Positions 60,771 to 64,000 of a DNA stretch of 64,000 bases are shown here, piece by piece (position 1 is the first letter of the stretch; the number at the start of each line of letters is the position of its first letter). The DNA comes from Sphyrna mokarran. Its lineage: Eukaryota. Location of the stretch: NCBI GenBank assembly GCA_024679065.1, contig JAGIQG010000043.1, forward strand, positions 2,170,001-2,234,000, in the 5' to 3' direction. Below the pieces are notes generated by a model. That model saw only the letters and a program-made list of their open reading frames with translations, did not search any database and was not told where the DNA came from. The position numbers and the translations under genes were made by a program.

Positions 60771-63700
60771 TTTGCACAGATGAGCAATATCTCCCTGTTT
60801 CCACACTCACAGCAGTTTATTTCTGCTGAGAGGTCCGAGGACTGACCTGGTCTCAGACCCAGTTAATTGTTGCACTTTATGATTGGGTGGAAACTGTGAC
60901 AAGAGACAATGGAAAGTGTGACATAGTACTGATGAAATTGCGCTGCTGAATGTCACGTGCATTTGTCGCACTGTGATCGCACCGAGGGGACCACAAGATA
61001 ATCATTGTGCGGATATGTGCAGAAAATGTGAGTTACAGTTTAATTTATTCTCAGGATATGCAATACGGCGGTTTCGTTGAGAAGGATGAGGGCGGTGATC
61101 TCACTGTAACTTAGAGAACACTGAAAGGCCTTGTAGAGTGGGCATGGAGAAGATCTTCAGAATAGAATAGAATAGAATCATTACAGTGCAGAAGGAGGCC
61201 ATTTTAGCACTTAGAGATTCCACTGACAATGACCCCAGACAGGCGATATATCCGTAACGTATCTTACATTCTGAGCACCCCACCCACACCCACCTCCCAA
61301 CACTAAGGGATAATTTAGCATGGCCAATCCAACAAACCCATACATCTTTGGGTTGTGGGAGGAAGCTGGAGTGTCGACAGGAATCCCACGCCGACACTGG
61401 GAGATTGTGCAAACTCAACACAGTCACGCAAGGCCAGAATTGAACCCGAGCCCCTAAGAGCTCTGAAATAGTAGTGCTAACCGCTTTGCCACCGTCCTTT
61501 AGTTGGAGAGACTCTGCACAGACTCAGAGTAAAGGGTTGACCCTTTCGCACCGAGAAGAGAAGGGATTCCTTCAGCCAGAGAGACGTTAATATGTGGAAT
61601 TCATTGCCACAAAAGGCTGTGAAGGCCAAGTCATTGAGCATAGTTAAAACAGAGATAGATAGGCTCCTGGTTGGCAAGTGGTTCAAAGGTTTCGAGGATA
61701 AGGCGGGAGAATGGGGTTGAGAAGCATATCAGCCATGATCGAATGCCGCAGCAGACTCGATGGGCAGAATGGCGTAATTATGGTCCTTTATCCTTATGGG
61801 CGCATTGCTCGGCGACATGTATGATTGATTGGTGGCATTGAGTTGCCATTGTAGAATGTATTGTCTATATTATAGAAGTGTACAACACTTCGATGTTGTG
61901 CTGAGCATGACGGAAGTTAAACTTATCCCTTTTGCCTGACCTTGATCCACATCCCTCTGTATCTTGCATATTCATGTCCTTATCTAAAAGCCCCTGAAAC
62001 GCCCCTCTCACGCCTGCCTCCAACACCACCTCAGACAGCGAGTTCCAGACTACTACCACTCTATGTAAACAATTTGCTCCTCACATTTCCTTTGAACTTT
62101 CCCCTCCGATTTAAGTACATGCCCCTTAGCAACGGGGAGGAATTTGAAATTTCACAGTAAGTTTTTTGCAGTGTTAATATGAGCCTTACTTCTGACTAAT
62201 ACATTGCATTTAAACTTGAAAAGGTTGACCCATATCCTCACCTTTGATCCCTGGTTCGTGACACAATCTGCTTGCACAGAAACGGGGAAAGATTTGGATG
62301 GACTGTGTGTGAATAAATTTGAAACGCAGTGGAAGCTTTAGTGAGTTATTTCGATGCTCCCCTGATGTAGAGAACACACTGTCCGTTGATTGCCAGAATA
62401 CTTCACTTGTGAATTAATTTGCCTATCTTTGACTTATCTTCCAAATTGGGCGTTGAATAAACACACGGACATGATGTCACATTCACGAGGATAGTATACA
62501 TAAGATCATTCACGCAATAGGCTAGTTTTTGTTCATTGTATCAAAGCTGGGAGCAGGCAGTCTGCTGTTTGCGGTTTCAAGTTGAGAGGTCCTCCCCAGG
62601 CAGTTCTGTGCGTGCAGTGCCTCAACTTTGAAAACAAGCAATTCACTGACAGCTTCTGGCTTGAAAACATTTCCATCAGTGATGTAAAGTGGATAGAATC
62701 TTGGCTCGCGACTTGCACCCCTCGATACCGCAGAACATGCAAGCCGTCCTTGTGTGGGTAGAAGCTAGGAGCCGTGGACAGAGACAATGCGCCTCTTTGC
62801 TGTCACACCAATCCCTCTGTTATAGGGTCGACTGACTCGCTTCATTTTCATTCTAGGTCATGCACTTATGGAGGACAGTTCAGGCACTCAGCTACCAGTA
62901 GTCGGAAGCCAAACTACAAATTCATTCTACAAATCTTTTCATATTACAGGAGAAGCGATGGCTGAGTGGCATTATCGCTGGACTCTTAATCCAAATACTC
63001 AACCGCTGTTCTGCCGACCCTGGTTCTAATCCTGCCACAATAGCTGGAGGAATGTGAATTCAGTAGAAGATATGTGGAATTCAAAGTCTACTGATGACCA
63101 CATAACTATTTTCTATGATCTGGGAACCCCCCCCCACCAAACTTCCTCAATACCCTTTAACGAAGGGAATCTGCTCCCCTTATCTATTCTGGCCTACACG
63201 TGACTCCGGATACACAGCAATGTTGTTGACTCTTAACTGCCCCCGGGCAACTAGGGATAGGCAAAAATTGCTGGACAGCCAGCGATGTCCAAGCGATGTG
63301 ATCCTTTTGTGGCAACGCGCGTTTGCCCTTATTGTCCTGACGATTATGTGATATTGTTTCCTGAGGGTTCTTAGAGAATTTACACGTTTCACCGAATTCA
63401 CTGCAGAACTAGGTCATGTTTCCAATGAGAGAATCCAATGAACATCAAATTTGCCCCATTAACAGTTCCAAATGTTTTATCTGTTAGAATGATGCATAAT
63501 GACCCTTTGCAATAACTGCCACGTTGATCAGGATTCTACTCTTTATTCTCATTGGGATTTGAAGTCTTAAGACAGCTGATAAGACGAGGGCTGATGTTTA
63601 GCAGGCACATTTTAAAATTAATGGTTTGTTTTAATTTGCATTGGCTTGAAACACCACTTGTAGTTCGTTTGTTTCCCCCTCCCCCCACCGGAAATCTGAG

Positions 63701-64000
63701 TGAACAGCTCCCTCAAGGCAAAATGAGTGAATGATCCATTTCATAATATTGACCAGTAACTTCGTCACTCTTTTGGTCGACAACTTCAACTTTTTGGTTT
63801 CCAGATCATCAGTAATCTGTCCTGGTCCCTTCATGCCGTAGATATGCTTAGGGAAGTTCACCAATGCCTCTACTTTCTCAAATGGCTAAGGAAATTCGAC
63901 GTTTCTGCATGATAAAAAACATCCTTTCCGGATGTCACACAGGTTCGTACGGCTCCTGCTCTGACCAACACTGCAAAAACTACAAATGGTTGTGAATGAA

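Larger units (their letters stand above)
49695..64000 (+). repeat. Segmental duplication, copy 2
   Basis: Starts tcagtcagag...ccggggaagttgggctgcagtg as at position 1 and ends ...aaactacaaatggttgtgaatga as at ~12960. Confidence 0.93.

Overview
Vertebrate genomic DNA, almost certainly from a cartilaginous fish (shark-type tRNA-derived V-SINEs, CR1 LINEs with (TTCTATG)n tails, Rex1 and Penelope relics), with three N gaps. The main content is a minus-strand cluster of three non-rearranging, antigen-receptor-like IgSF genes. All share a six-exon plan: leader / V with J-like strand joined in the germline / C1 / Cys-stalk+TM / short cytoplasmic exon / Tyr-motif exon. Gene B (35574-28462) is an intact ~303-aa VJ-C1-TM receptor with a TCR-like FGNG J motif and a TxYxxL tail. 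Genes A1 (8408-1017) and A2 (60770-50705) are paralogs from a ~50-kb segmental duplication (1-12960 vs 49695-64000), giving an A-B-A arrangement. Each A copy has an independent frameshift in C1, while leader, V exon, splice sites and upstream region are intact. A1 also has an Arg in its TM and a stop just after it, whereas A2 keeps a neutral TM and a YASL tail: a paired activating/inhibitory pattern. The architecture fits, from memory, the PRARP/VJC1 class of antigen-receptor-precursor-like genes; this was not verified by search. The rest is retroelements, SINE-derived tandem arrays and CA-rich satellites. All gene models were built by hand from splice signals and reading frames. Repeat boundaries are approximate.
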